NCBI GenBank assembly: GCA_934489945.1
Contig: CAKSSY010000002.1
Location: 14,002-78,001, forward strand
DNA length: 64,000 nucleotides
Source of the DNA: an uncultured Eubacteriales bacterium
Lineage (GTDB): Bacteria > Bacillota > Clostridia > Oscillospirales > CAG-272
Reading direction: 5' to 3'
The position numbers were made by a program, and so were the translations under genes. Positions 1-8,420 of the stretch are shown here, in pieces. Positions within the stretch are counted from its first letter, which is position 1. Each line of letters starts with the position of its first letter. Below the pieces are notes generated by a model. That model saw only the letters and a list, made by a program, of their open reading frames with translations. It did not search any database and had not been told where the DNA came from.

Positions 1-1
1 G

Positions 2-160
2 CCCCTCAAAAATACCGAAACCCCGATCGGCACATTGGGTGCGATCATGACCGGTGGGGCATTTTTTGATTTTCGGATTTCTTTGGCGGTAACCCGGCGG
101 GGTCAAGCCGCCAAGAACCATGTCGGCGGCGATGTTAAAAAACTCTTTTTGCGTTTTTAA
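2..160 (+). CDS. 3' end of an upstream gene (last 52 codons; product unknown)
   Basis: Frame 2 is open from the window edge to TAA at 158-160 (...GAIMTGGAFFDFRISLAVTRRGQAAKNHVGGDVKKLFLRF*). There is no start inside the window, so it is absent from the ORF track. Confidence 0.35.
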   Translation, partial: PLKNTETPIGTLGAIMTGGAFFDFRISLAVTRRGQAAKNHVGGDVKKLFLRF

Positions 161-379
161 CACCGCCTTTTGGTTTCTCTGTTCCGAAAGACCGTGACAA
201 AATCCTCTGACATTGTGCCTTTTGTCTGCCATAAACACCTCTCGCGTTCTCTTTTTGTTTTCCTGCAATATGTTTTAACCTTTTATGCACAATTTTTTCA
301 TGTTTATCGATATAATAGAATTGTAGCGTTGCAATCTCTCTCGTTTTTGGAAACAAGTTTTCATAAATTCAAAAAGTAG

Positions 380-409
380 TTGACAAAACCATATTAGATG
401 GTGTATAAT
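380..409 (+). promoter_or_regulatory. sigma-A-type promoter upstream of sanA
   Basis: TTGACA (380-385), an 18-nt spacer, then TATAAT (404-409), about 19 nt upstream of the TTG start at 428. An AAGGCGGTGA Shine-Dalgarno sequence lies in between. Confidence 0.5.
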
Positions 410-427
410 ATATAAGGCGGTGAGCTT

Positions 428-1138
428 TTGAAAAAAATTCTTCACAGACTGCTTCTTCTCGGCGGAATTGCCATCATGACGGTGCTTCTTCTGATCGTTG
501 TAACCAATGCTATTATGGTGCTGAGCACCAAAGATCGCGTCCTGACGCTGTCCGATCTTTCGGACATAGAAAGTAAACGGAATGAATTTGACTGCATTTT
601 GGTTCTCGGTGCCAGCGTGCACCCCGGCGGAACGCCGAGCGATATGTTGCGTGATCGTCTGGAAGTGGGAAACGAACTGTATTTTGCCGGTTTTTCGCCG
701 CGTCTGCTTATGAGCGGCGACCATATGGGGCAAGACTATGATGAGGTAAGCGTCATGAAACACTATGCGACAGACGCAGGAATCCCATCGGATGCCGTCT
801 ACCTCGACCACGCGGGACTCTCCACCTATGACAGTATCTGGCGGTTGGCAAATATCTTCCAAGCGAAAAAAGTGCTGATTGTCACACAGAGTTACCATCT
901 TTATCGTGCCTTGTATTTGGCAAAGGCTTTCGGTATAGATGCTTATGGATTTTCCGCAGATCTTCGTCCCTATCGCGGACAATTGGCGCGGGATGTCCGT
1001 GAGGTTCTTGCACGCGTGAAGGATGTCGGACTTTCGGTTCTGAAACCCGAGGCTGCTTATGTCGGCTCACCCATTTCATTCTCGGAGGGCGGCAACGCCA
1101 CCGATCAAAATCCTTTCTGGACGGAGGAAATCTCGTAA
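428..1138 (+). CDS. sanA: SanA/YdcF (DUF218) family membrane protein
   Basis: 236 aa with an N-terminal TM helix. The DUF218 pattern is present: ILVLGASV...GTPSDMLRDRL...LLMSGDH...YDEVSVMKHY...GIPSDAVYLDHAGLSTYDS...VLIVTQSYHLYRALYLA. TTG start with a Shine-Dalgarno sequence. Confidence 0.8.
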   Translation: MKKILHRLLLLGGIAIMTVLLLIVVTNAIMVLSTKDRVLTLSDLSDIESKRNEFDCILVLGASVHPGGTPSDMLRDRLEVGNELYFAGFSPRLLMSGDHMGQDYDEVSVMKHYATDAGIPSDAVYLDHAGLSTYDSIWRLANIFQAKKVLIVTQSYHLYRALYLAKAFGIDAYGFSADLRPYRGQLARDVREVLARVKDVGLSVLKPEAAYVGSPISFSEGGNATDQNPFWTEEIS

Positions 1139-1813
1139 ATGACACGAACCAAACTCAAAGACCGTACCCTTCCCGACTACACACACGGGGAAGAAGTGTT
1201 CAATATGGTGACGCATATTGTGGGAGGCGGTGTCGGCGTAGTCGCCGTCACACTCTGCGTAATATTTGCGGCACTGCATCATAATGCGTGGGGCGTGGTC
1301 GGCAGTGCCATCTATGGTGCCATGATGATTCTGCTGTATACCATGTCAAGCGTGTATCACGGTCTGAAACCCGAAAGAACGGCAAAAAAGGTTCTCCAGG
1401 TTATGGATCACTGCTCGATTTTTCTGTTGATTGCGGGAACGTATACCCCCATTGCTCTCTCAGCCCTGCGTTCTTATTCGCCGGCTCTCGGCTGGACGAT
1501 CTTCGGTATTATCTGGGGCATTGCCGCACTCGGCATCACGCTCAATGCGATCGACCTGAAAAAATACAAGGTGTTTTCCATGATCTGTTACCTTGGGATG
1601 GGATGGTGTATCGTGTTTGCTGCCAAGGCAACATGGCTGACATTGGGACTCGGCGGAGTCGTGTTTCTCGTCAGCGGCGGCATCTGCTACACGATTGGTG
1701 CCGTAATCTATATGGCTCTCAAGAAAAAACGTTACGCCCATTCCATCTTCCATATTTTTGTGGTTTTGGGCAGTATTCTGCACTTCTTCTGTATCCTGTT
1801 CTATGTGATTTAA
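1139..1813 (+). CDS. hemolysin III / PAQR family 7-TM protein
   Basis: 224 aa. The ATG directly abuts the sanA stop. Multi-TM protein with the family motifs EEVFNMVTHIVG, SSVYH and MDHCSIFLLIAGTYTP. Confidence 0.85.
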   Translation: MTRTKLKDRTLPDYTHGEEVFNMVTHIVGGGVGVVAVTLCVIFAALHHNAWGVVGSAIYGAMMILLYTMSSVYHGLKPERTAKKVLQVMDHCSIFLLIAGTYTPIALSALRSYSPALGWTIFGIIWGIAALGITLNAIDLKKYKVFSMICYLGMGWCIVFAAKATWLTLGLGGVVFLVSGGICYTIGAVIYMALKKKRYAHSIFHIFVVLGSILHFFCILFYVI

Positions 1814-1895
1814 TGTTTCATCTGCGCTATGGCAGTACAGAGAAATTTTGAGGGCGGTAAAAAACATTACGTTTTTTACCGCCCTCTTTGTGCAG

Positions 1896-3653
1896 TCAAT
1901 ATGTCGGAAGATTCCAGACACCCGCAAAACCGTATTCCACACGGTCATTGCCGAACACGGCTTCTGTTTTGTATACAAAGAACCCTTCTTTTAATTCAAA
2001 AGAGAGTCCCTCACTTAAAAAGACTTCATTGCCGACTTCATCATAGTAAAAAACACGAACCAGATCGGGATACACGGTATCAAATTGCAAGATAACCTCA
2101 TTGTCCTTTTTATATGACATCGGCGAAATACGTGCAGTCAATACCGGCAACTCATTTTTCAACACATCAAAAGAGGCAGCGGCATCCGTGATTTTTGTCG
2201 TCACATATCTGCCGTCTTCGTCCGCATAGCTCCATGAGTAGCCGCCTTTCCGTGCGGTAATCTGTGTTTTTCCGTCGGAAACAACCAAAGACGGCGGTTC
2301 CGCAATATGAGTAGACTTCGCCGTTTTGGCAGTACCGTACACAAACTCTATCCAAGCACCACCCGGTTGAAAATCGTTCAGATAAAGACGGTAAGTTTCT
2401 CCCTCCCGAAATCGGAACATGGAAAGATCGTACGTTACCTGCTGGAAAGCACCGCCAAAAAGCACTAACGCGATATCGTTAACTATAATTTCATCGTTCT
2501 CCGACATTCTGACAGCCCGGTCACCTTGAATATGATACAGACAATAGTAAAATCCAAAATTAAACTCATCTTTGTCAAGATTTCTCCACTCCACCGTAAT
2601 ACTCGGCTCTCTGCCGTAGAGATTGTGCCCGGCGACCGCCAAAGAAATCTTTTCGGAATCCGAAACGTGTGCGACAAAAGAAATGTCGGCATTTGCGTTG
2701 TGTCCGATTCCCTTCGGGTTTGTCAAAAAACATACTGCCACAGCGACACAGGCGATGAAAGCGACTATGATAATCCAAAACGCGGGCTTTTTGTAGGTTA
2801 ACACAGACTTCACTCTTTCTTTGACGCCGACTTCGCCAAAAGCAATCGGACAGGCAATCCCCGCTTTTTTCGACACACTGAATTTCAGCAATGCCTCCGA
2901 ATAATCGGCAATGCCGTCTTTTTCCAGATTCCGAATCACCTTTTCGTCACAGGCGAGTTCGATATCCCGACAAAACATACAATATCCAACCCACATAAGC
3001 GGATGGAACCAGTAAACACTTAACAGTAAAAAGCCGAAAAGTTTCCAAAAAGGATCGCCGCGTCTGATATGTGCTTCTTCGTGAGAAAGAATCAAATTTG
3101 CCGTTTCGGGGTCCATATTCGACGGAATATAGATTTTCGGATGAATCACGCCAAGAATAAAGGGAGATTGCACCGAATCGCAGGCAAAAATTCTTCCCTG
3201 AATCCGCACAGACGCATGAATCCGATTCCGGAGTCTTAATGTGCTGACAAGCGCATAGAGGAGCATTGCCAAAAGACCGATGCACCAGATGCCCCCCGCA
3301 ATCTCGGACATCACATGAAGCGGATTGACACTTTGTGCAGGGTCGGGAGTGAACGCGGCACCGATCACGGGATTTACAATATGATCCACAACCGGGATAC
3401 CGCTCGTGATTGCCGGAGCAGTATCATATTTCACGGTGTCCGGGCGAATGAACTCCGCACTCGGAATCAGGCTGAGTACACTTTCAACAGAAAACGGGAA
3501 AACCAAACGAATGCCTACGATTGCCCAAAGAATCCCCCGGATCCATTTCGGAGCCTTTTTCAAAATCAAACGAAGAAGAAGGACGGCAACAATCAAATAT
3601 CCTGCCGTAACACTGATGTTGAAGAGCTTTAAAAAAACATCCGCCATCATCAC
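1896..3653 (-). CDS. M56-family (BlaR1/MecR1-like) membrane metalloprotease with an unassigned extracytoplasmic C-terminal domain
   Basis: 585 aa with N-terminal TM helices and the zinc motif HEEAHIRRGD. A further TM helix (AFWIIIVAFIACVAVAVCFL) is followed by about 270 aa with no SxxK/KTG penicillin-binding motifs. Its start overlaps the blaI-like stop by 4 nt. Confidence 0.8.
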   Translation of the reverse strand: MMMADVFLKLFNISVTAGYLIVAVLLLRLILKKAPKWIRGILWAIVGIRLVFPFSVESVLSLIPSAEFIRPDTVKYDTAPAITSGIPVVDHIVNPVIGAAFTPDPAQSVNPLHVMSEIAGGIWCIGLLAMLLYALVSTLRLRNRIHASVRIQGRIFACDSVQSPFILGVIHPKIYIPSNMDPETANLILSHEEAHIRRGDPFWKLFGFLLLSVYWFHPLMWVGYCMFCRDIELACDEKVIRNLEKDGIADYSEALLKFSVSKKAGIACPIAFGEVGVKERVKSVLTYKKPAFWIIIVAFIACVAVAVCFLTNPKGIGHNANADISFVAHVSDSEKISLAVAGHNLYGREPSITVEWRNLDKDEFNFGFYYCLYHIQGDRAVRMSENDEIIVNDIALVLFGGAFQQVTYDLSMFRFREGETYRLYLNDFQPGGAWIEFVYGTAKTAKSTHIAEPPSLVVSDGKTQITARKGGYSWSYADEDGRYVTTKITDAAASFDVLKNELPVLTARISPMSYKKDNEVILQFDTVYPDLVRVFYYDEVGNEVFLSEGLSFELKEGFFVYKTEAVFGNDRVEYGFAGVWNLPTY

Positions 3654-4012
3654 ATCTCCTCCCGGAACTTTCCGATCATACGCTGAATTTCTTCAACCTC
3701 TTTTTCGGTCATTTTCTTGCCGTTCATAAACGCCGCCAAAAAAGCGGGCAAAGAACCGCCGAAAGAATCCTCCACGAATTGTTTTGACTGTGCGGAATGA
3801 AATTCTTCTCCCGATACGAGGGAGGTTACCATTCCGTTTTCGTTTCGGAAAAGTCCCTTGTTGCACAGTCTGGAAAGAACTGTATAGGTAGTAGACTTTT
3901 TCCAGCCGAAAACCTCGCCGCAGAGCGTTACAAGCCGTGAAGACGAAATCGGCTCGTTCTCCCAAATGATATCCGCAAATTTTGTTTCTATCGTTCCGAG
4001 TTGAAAATCCAT
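3650..4012 (-). CDS. BlaI/MecI/CopY family winged-helix transcriptional repressor
   Basis: 120 aa with a typical family N-terminus (ETKFADIIWENEPISSSRLVTL...WKKSTTYTVLSRLCNKGL). Translationally coupled to the M56 protease gene. Confidence 0.85.
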   Translation of the reverse strand: MDFQLGTIETKFADIIWENEPISSSRLVTLCGEVFGWKKSTTYTVLSRLCNKGLFRNENGMVTSLVSGEEFHSAQSKQFVEDSFGGSLPAFLAAFMNGKKMTEKEVEEIQRMIGKFREEM

Positions 4013-4032
4013 GTTCTGTTTCCCCTTTTGGT

Positions 4033-4082
4033 CTACAATTGTAGTCTGTTTGTATTCTACACCTGTAGACTAAATTTGTCAA
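4033..4082 (-). promoter_or_regulatory. promoter of the blaI/blaR1-like operon with two TACA-N2-TGTA operator dyads
   Basis: The minus strand reads TTGACA (4082-4077), a 17-nt spacer, then TAGAAT (4059-4054). The dyads CTACAATTGTAG (4033-4044) and TCTACACCTGTAGA (4056-4069) match the BlaI/MecI TACA/TGTA operator type. They overlap the spacer/-10 and the leader. Confidence 0.65.
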
Positions 4083-4138
4083 GTGCTTTTTTCAAATTTT
4101 ATAAAAAAATTGGTTCCGTCTCTTATCTACAGAGAACG

Positions 4139-4166
4139 CTCCACCGCCGGAAAATCGGCGGTGGAG
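4139..4166 (-). terminator. GC-rich hairpin downstream of the DUF4317 gene (weak U-tract)
   Basis: CTCCACCGCCG-gaaaat-CGGCGGTGGAG is a perfect 11-bp stem. The trailing sequence on the minus strand is only moderately U-rich. Confidence 0.45.
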
Positions 4167-4234
4167 TGTTCTTCCCCTTCTCATTTTATGTGAGACAATC
4201 TGTCGAAACGCGACACTTAAGATAAGCCGATTCG

Positions 4235-5371
4235 TTATTCGGCAATATTCACATTCAGTCCGTTCAACTCAACCCCTTCGTCAGCACGGATAAGAATGTA
4301 CTTTGTTCCGTCAATCACACGGGTTTCCAATAAATCGCTGTGCCCCGGCGTAACCTTGATCACCACTTCGGGCGTGCGGACTTCAAATTGCTTGGGATCC
4401 ACAAGATTGCGCGGCGAAAGATCAGTTCCCTTTCCGAAATTCTCGTCATAGCCATCGGTAAAAGCGTTCAGTTTTTCCTCGGCAATACCGCAGTCTGAAA
4501 GAATCTCTCTGACCTGATATTTTGACAATGCCAACGGTTCCTCCTGCTTGGTTGCCTTGTGTTCTTCAATTTTTTCACAGATTTCGTTGTGCAATTTCTT
4601 TGCCACACCAAAGCTGCAATCCTTGTCAAGGGAGTCGGCAAGTACCGTCCGGAACGCCGTGCTTTGTTCCGTCGCAGACATAGGCGGCTTTACACGGAAG
4701 ATCGCGTCAATAAAATCCTCGTGCAAATTCACATCATTTCCGCCTGTGTAATAAAGTGCATTGTAGATATTGGTCTGTCTGCCGTCAAATGCGGGGAAAA
4801 GAAAGCCCAAGGCGGGAGAAGCGATCACCGAGCCGGCGGTATTGTTGTGAAAGACCTTCTCGGAGGCATCATAGGTCAGTGCCGATTTCGTCATCTTCAC
4901 AGGACAGACCGCACAGTGAACACAGGAATAAATACTGCTCGAATCGGCATCCACCTTGCGCCCGTCGGTAGCACGGAACGGAATATCGTAGACATTGTAG
5001 GCAAGCAGAATGACATAATTTTCGTCCATGGCAACCGAATCGGTAATACTCTTGTAAAATTTGCCGACCGCCTCTTCATCCTTCAGTCCGGAATTTTTCA
5101 GAGACATCAGCAAACGATGCTCGTCACTGTCCGCCACCTGTTCGTTCGTAAATGAAATGTCAAGGAGGTGCCTGTCGGGCGTTCCTGACAGAGTGCGTTT
5201 GAATATCGAAAGATATTTTTCCAGTTCTTCCTGCGGCATAAGTCCTACCGACTGGTCAAAAGTTGCAATCATTTCTTTGTTGCCGTTAACATAACACCCG
5301 CGGATTGTGGTAATGGCGGTTTTATCAAACGTGAGCGTTCTGCGGATTTCGGCTGTTTCTTTTTCTGTCAT
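4235..5371 (-). CDS. DUF4317-family protein (function unknown)
   Basis: The N-terminus MTEKETAEIRRTLTFDKTAITTIRGCYVNGNKE... matches my recollection of DUF4317. I chose the internal ATG at 5371 (AAAGGA Shine-Dalgarno sequence) rather than the ORF-track start at 5464. Confidence 0.65.
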   Translation of the reverse strand: MTEKETAEIRRTLTFDKTAITTIRGCYVNGNKEMIATFDQSVGLMPQEELEKYLSIFKRTLSGTPDRHLLDISFTNEQVADSDEHRLLMSLKNSGLKDEEAVGKFYKSITDSVAMDENYVILLAYNVYDIPFRATDGRKVDADSSSIYSCVHCAVCPVKMTKSALTYDASEKVFHNNTAGSVIASPALGFLFPAFDGRQTNIYNALYYTGGNDVNLHEDFIDAIFRVKPPMSATEQSTAFRTVLADSLDKDCSFGVAKKLHNEICEKIEEHKATKQEEPLALSKYQVREILSDCGIAEEKLNAFTDGYDENFGKGTDLSPRNLVDPKQFEVRTPEVVIKVTPGHSDLLETRVIDGTKYILIRADEGVELNGLNVNIAE

Positions 5372-5534
5372 AATTTTTATCCTTTCTGCCGCATAGGGCA
5401 TCTTTCTGTATCTCCGAAGGAAAGACTTGTCCGTATATCTTCCCATGGATAAGTAGTATACCATATTTTCCCGCAGATTTCAAGTGTAAGAAAATTTCAA
5501 CTTTCTTTTGTTTCCTCCGCCACACGAAAAGTGA

Positions 5535-5566
5535 TAAAAAAGGGACTGTTAAAATTTAACAGCTCC
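5535..5566 (-). terminator. intrinsic terminator after the FAD-oxidoreductase gene
   Basis: The minus strand reads GGAGCTGTTAAA-tt-TTAACAGTCCC followed by TTTTTTAT. Confidence 0.7.
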
Positions 5567-5596
5567 TTTCAGACGCAAAGAAGAACCTCAATCCGT

Positions 5597-7156
5597 TTAT
5601 TTTCTCGTAAATTCGTTATCCCGGTTTTGAACAATGACGCTTTTGTTCCTGTACTCGGGATTCGGGTATTTTTCGTCATGAGTGGTCAAGACCGCAGAGA
5701 CCCCCTCGATTTCTCTCATTGTCTGTCCGAGATTGCAATTGGTGGCTATCAATTCACTCTGCAATACTTTTACATCAATTTTTCTCGGAGATACCCCTTC
5801 CGCTAAAGAAATGGCTGTCGCGACTCCGGCAGCTTCCCCCATGGAAAGACAACAAAGAATCAATCTCGCCCCCGACTGTGCATAGACATCGGATGAAAGA
5901 TTTCTCCCCGCCGCCAGAAGATTTTCCACCCGAATGGGAACCAAACAACGGTATGGAATATCATAACAACGATTCGGCTCAAATTCGGCAAACTCTGCCG
6001 TTTGCCCTTTGATGTTCACTACAGGTTTTCCGTCGGGAGGAGGCGTTGTTGTACCAAATCCGCCCGAGTTGCTGATAACATACTGAAGCTCCCCGTTCAA
6101 CATAATGGGTGCCCATTTGATATTCCCCGACTCTTCAAAATTGTGAACATCGTATCCGTGGTTGGAAATCGCAATCACGTCATCGTGCTTGCGACAGAAG
6201 GCAATATCTTCCGCTGTCAAACGGTACTCTCCTATGATCCGTCGGCTTTCGCGAACACCGAGAAGACTTGCCGTAGTCGTCAGAAAAGAATTTTCAAAGC
6301 CGGGAACCCGTTTTTTAATATACTCGGCAAGCATCGCCGCCTGCTCCCTGCCCTCAAAATACATACGGGTCAGATCGGCATTGTCCAACGGAAAACATCT
6401 TCTGGAATGGGCGAAACAAATGCTGACTTCGTCCATACCGCAATGTGGCGGTAGCCCCGGAATATGGGTGATCCAGTTGAGGTGGTTATCGGACTCATAA
6501 GGCAGAAGACCGCTTGCAAGATCCTCTATGACCATAGCTGTCCAACGAGGATCCTTTTTCTTGATTTCGGAATTTTGATATTCGTCCCAATTGACCCCGC
6601 CGAGAATAAATTCCAGCGAACACGCCTGACTCATTCCGTCTCCAACCCGTCCGTTTTCGGTTTCGGCACCGGCATAATAGGCAAGATCGGAGTCGCCGGT
6701 TGCGTCAATAAAGCGTTTTGCGGAAATGTATTTTCTGCCCGTCTTTGTCTGAATTATAACGCCTCTGACGGTACTTTCCTCCATCACAGCGTCCACCACG
6801 CTTGTCACGAGAAGAACCTCAACATGATATTTTTTGACCATTCGGTCCAACACGAGCTTGTGTTTTTCAATGTTCGTATTTCTGTGCCAGTGACCTTCCA
6901 TTGCCTCAAGTTCATCCATCATCTCTCTGCCAATCCCCGACACAAAATCCAACGGAATATTGACAAGTCCCATTGTAACAAGTCCTCCGAGTGCAGATGT
7001 AGCTTCAATCAGCAGCACACGATACCCTCTTTTGCCGACGGCAATCGCTGCACCAAAGCCCGCCACACCTCCTCCTGCGACCACGACATCATAAGTCCCG
7101 TAACGTGGGATCTCCCTCACCTGTTCCATAATCCTTTCGTTGTTGAAATCAATCAT
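5597..7156 (-). CDS. FAD-dependent oxidoreductase (FAD_oxidored-type, ~520 aa)
   Basis: Dinucleotide-binding motif DVVVAGGGVAGFGAAIAVGKRGYRVLLIEATSALGG near the N-terminus. The start is ambiguous (7183, 7177 or 7156); I chose 7156 (AAGGAG upstream), which overlaps the ferredoxin stop. Confidence 0.75.
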   Translation of the reverse strand: MIDFNNERIMEQVREIPRYGTYDVVVAGGGVAGFGAAIAVGKRGYRVLLIEATSALGGLVTMGLVNIPLDFVSGIGREMMDELEAMEGHWHRNTNIEKHKLVLDRMVKKYHVEVLLVTSVVDAVMEESTVRGVIIQTKTGRKYISAKRFIDATGDSDLAYYAGAETENGRVGDGMSQACSLEFILGGVNWDEYQNSEIKKKDPRWTAMVIEDLASGLLPYESDNHLNWITHIPGLPPHCGMDEVSICFAHSRRCFPLDNADLTRMYFEGREQAAMLAEYIKKRVPGFENSFLTTTASLLGVRESRRIIGEYRLTAEDIAFCRKHDDVIAISNHGYDVHNFEESGNIKWAPIMLNGELQYVISNSGGFGTTTPPPDGKPVVNIKGQTAEFAEFEPNRCYDIPYRCLVPIRVENLLAAGRNLSSDVYAQSGARLILCCLSMGEAAGVATAISLAEGVSPRKIDVKVLQSELIATNCNLGQTMREIEGVSAVLTTHDEKYPNPEYRNKSVIVQNRDNEFTRK

Positions 7157-7352
7157 CGTTTCCGGTCTCCTTTCCATCTTCAAGTCTTACGATTGCTTCC
7201 GATGCACAATTTTCAGCACACCGTCCGCATCCGACGCACTTTTCTCTGTCAATATGTGCCCCGTTCCTGCCTATCGTAATTGCATGAACCGGACATACGT
7301 ATTGACATTCCTGACAAAAACAGCAACCTGCTTCCACATTGTATTTTACCAT
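7149..7352 (-). CDS. small 2x[4Fe-4S] ferredoxin
   Basis: Two cluster motifs: CCFCQECQYVCP and CVGCGRCAENC. I chose the start MVKYNVE at 7352, preceded by GGGGGA; the longer ORF-track N-terminus lacks a Shine-Dalgarno sequence. Confidence 0.75.
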   Translation of the reverse strand: MVKYNVEAGCCFCQECQYVCPVHAITIGRNGAHIDREKCVGCGRCAENCASEAIVRLEDGKETGNDD

Positions 7353-7501
7353 AAGCGTCCCCCTTTTCTCAAAGTATAGCATAAGAAAATCCACAATAAA
7401 AGAGAAGATTTTTACTTTTGTTAGCATAATTTTTACCTTTCGGTTGACGACAGATTGCTTTCATGGTACAATAACCATATAAAGCGGGAGGAGAGACAGA
7501 T

Positions 7502-8371
7502 ATGGATTCTACCGAAGAGATCACCGTTTTGATCAATGCGGTAAGAGATTTGAGCGAAGTCGGAATTTGCTATTACGACCTGAAAGAATTCTTCCATTAT
7601 GACAAATACGGAGTCAAAAACAATCGCGGTCATTATTGCGAATTCTGTAAAAAAGCACGCACCTTGCCAAACGGACGAGCTCGATGTGAGAAAAGCGACC
7701 GATATGAGGCAATAGAATTAGCCAAACAATATAAAGAACCTTTCTTTTTTGAGTGTCACATGGGTATGAGAGAGTTAATTGTCCCCTTGTGGAGAGAAGA
7801 ATGGCTAATGGGAGTGGTATTTGTCGGTCAATGCCGCTTTGATGAAACTTATGATGAGGTAATCCGAACCAATGCCTCAAAAATGGGCGGAGATTCCGAC
7901 GAATATTTAAAGCTGTATCGTCAATTGCCTGTCATTTCCCCCAAAAATCTAATGAACATTGCAAACATTTTGGAAGTGTACTTCAGAACAAAAATCCTGA
8001 ACAATGAACTTTTGACCAATGAGCCGACGTCCCAACGGATTGGTGAGGATCTACCCGTTTCCATCTGCCACTTCATCCGCGATAATTTTCGCTACCATTT
8101 GTCTCTTCGGGAAATCGCCGACACCTTCCACGTAAACGCCTCTTATGCTTCCCGTCGCTTCAGTCAGCGATTCCATGTAACCGTCACGGAATACATCACG
8201 TCGGTGCGGATAGAACACGCCAAAATGCTTTTGCTGTCGACCGAAGCCCCCATAGGAAACATTACCTTGAATATCGGTTTTGAAGATGTCAATTATTTTT
8301 CAAGAACCTTCAAAAAACGGGTTGGATGTTCCCCCGGTCAATTCCGCAGGAATCACCGATTGGAAACATAA
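7502..8371 (+). CDS. AraC-family regulator with an N-terminal PocR sensory domain
   Basis: PocR-like Cys/His pattern (GHYCEFCKK...RCEKSD...FFFECHMGMRELIVPL...GVVFVGQ) and a C-terminal AraC HTH (INASYASRRF...VNYFSRTFKKRVGCSPGQFR). Confidence 0.8.
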   Translation: MDSTEEITVLINAVRDLSEVGICYYDLKEFFHYDKYGVKNNRGHYCEFCKKARTLPNGRARCEKSDRYEAIELAKQYKEPFFFECHMGMRELIVPLWREEWLMGVVFVGQCRFDETYDEVIRTNASKMGGDSDEYLKLYRQLPVISPKNLMNIANILEVYFRTKILNNELLTNEPTSQRIGEDLPVSICHFIRDNFRYHLSLREIADTFHVNASYASRRFSQRFHVTVTEYITSVRIEHAKMLLLSTEAPIGNITLNIGFEDVNYFSRTFKKRVGCSPGQFRRNHRLET

Positions 8372-8412
8372 AGAGGCAATATTCTCCCGCCAATGCGGAC
8401 GCATATTGCCTC
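8372..8412. terminator. long hairpin between convergent genes (AraC/PocR and spoIVB)
   Basis: AGAGGCAATAT ... ATATTGCCTCT forms an 11-bp stem with an inner CCGC/GCGG pairing, followed by TTTGTGTG on the plus strand. Confidence 0.55.
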
Positions 8413-8420
8413 TTTGTGTG

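Noticed and set aside
135-379. Small ORFs (73 aa minus strand, 69 aa plus strand) in the 267-nt gap before sanA.
   Set aside because: The minus-strand ORF has a TTG start, no Shine-Dalgarno sequence and a highly basic, low-complexity sequence that overlaps the end of the upstream gene. The plus-strand ORF shows no coding-like features and runs into the sanA promoter.
7149-7352. Fe-S proteins (the ferredoxin at 7149-7352 and the aldo/keto reductase Fe-S domain at 15012-15300) as the missing GRE activase.
   Set aside because: Both have ferredoxin-type CxxCxxCxxxC clusters, not the radical-SAM CxxxCxxC motif or fold. They are also more than 30 kb from the GRE.
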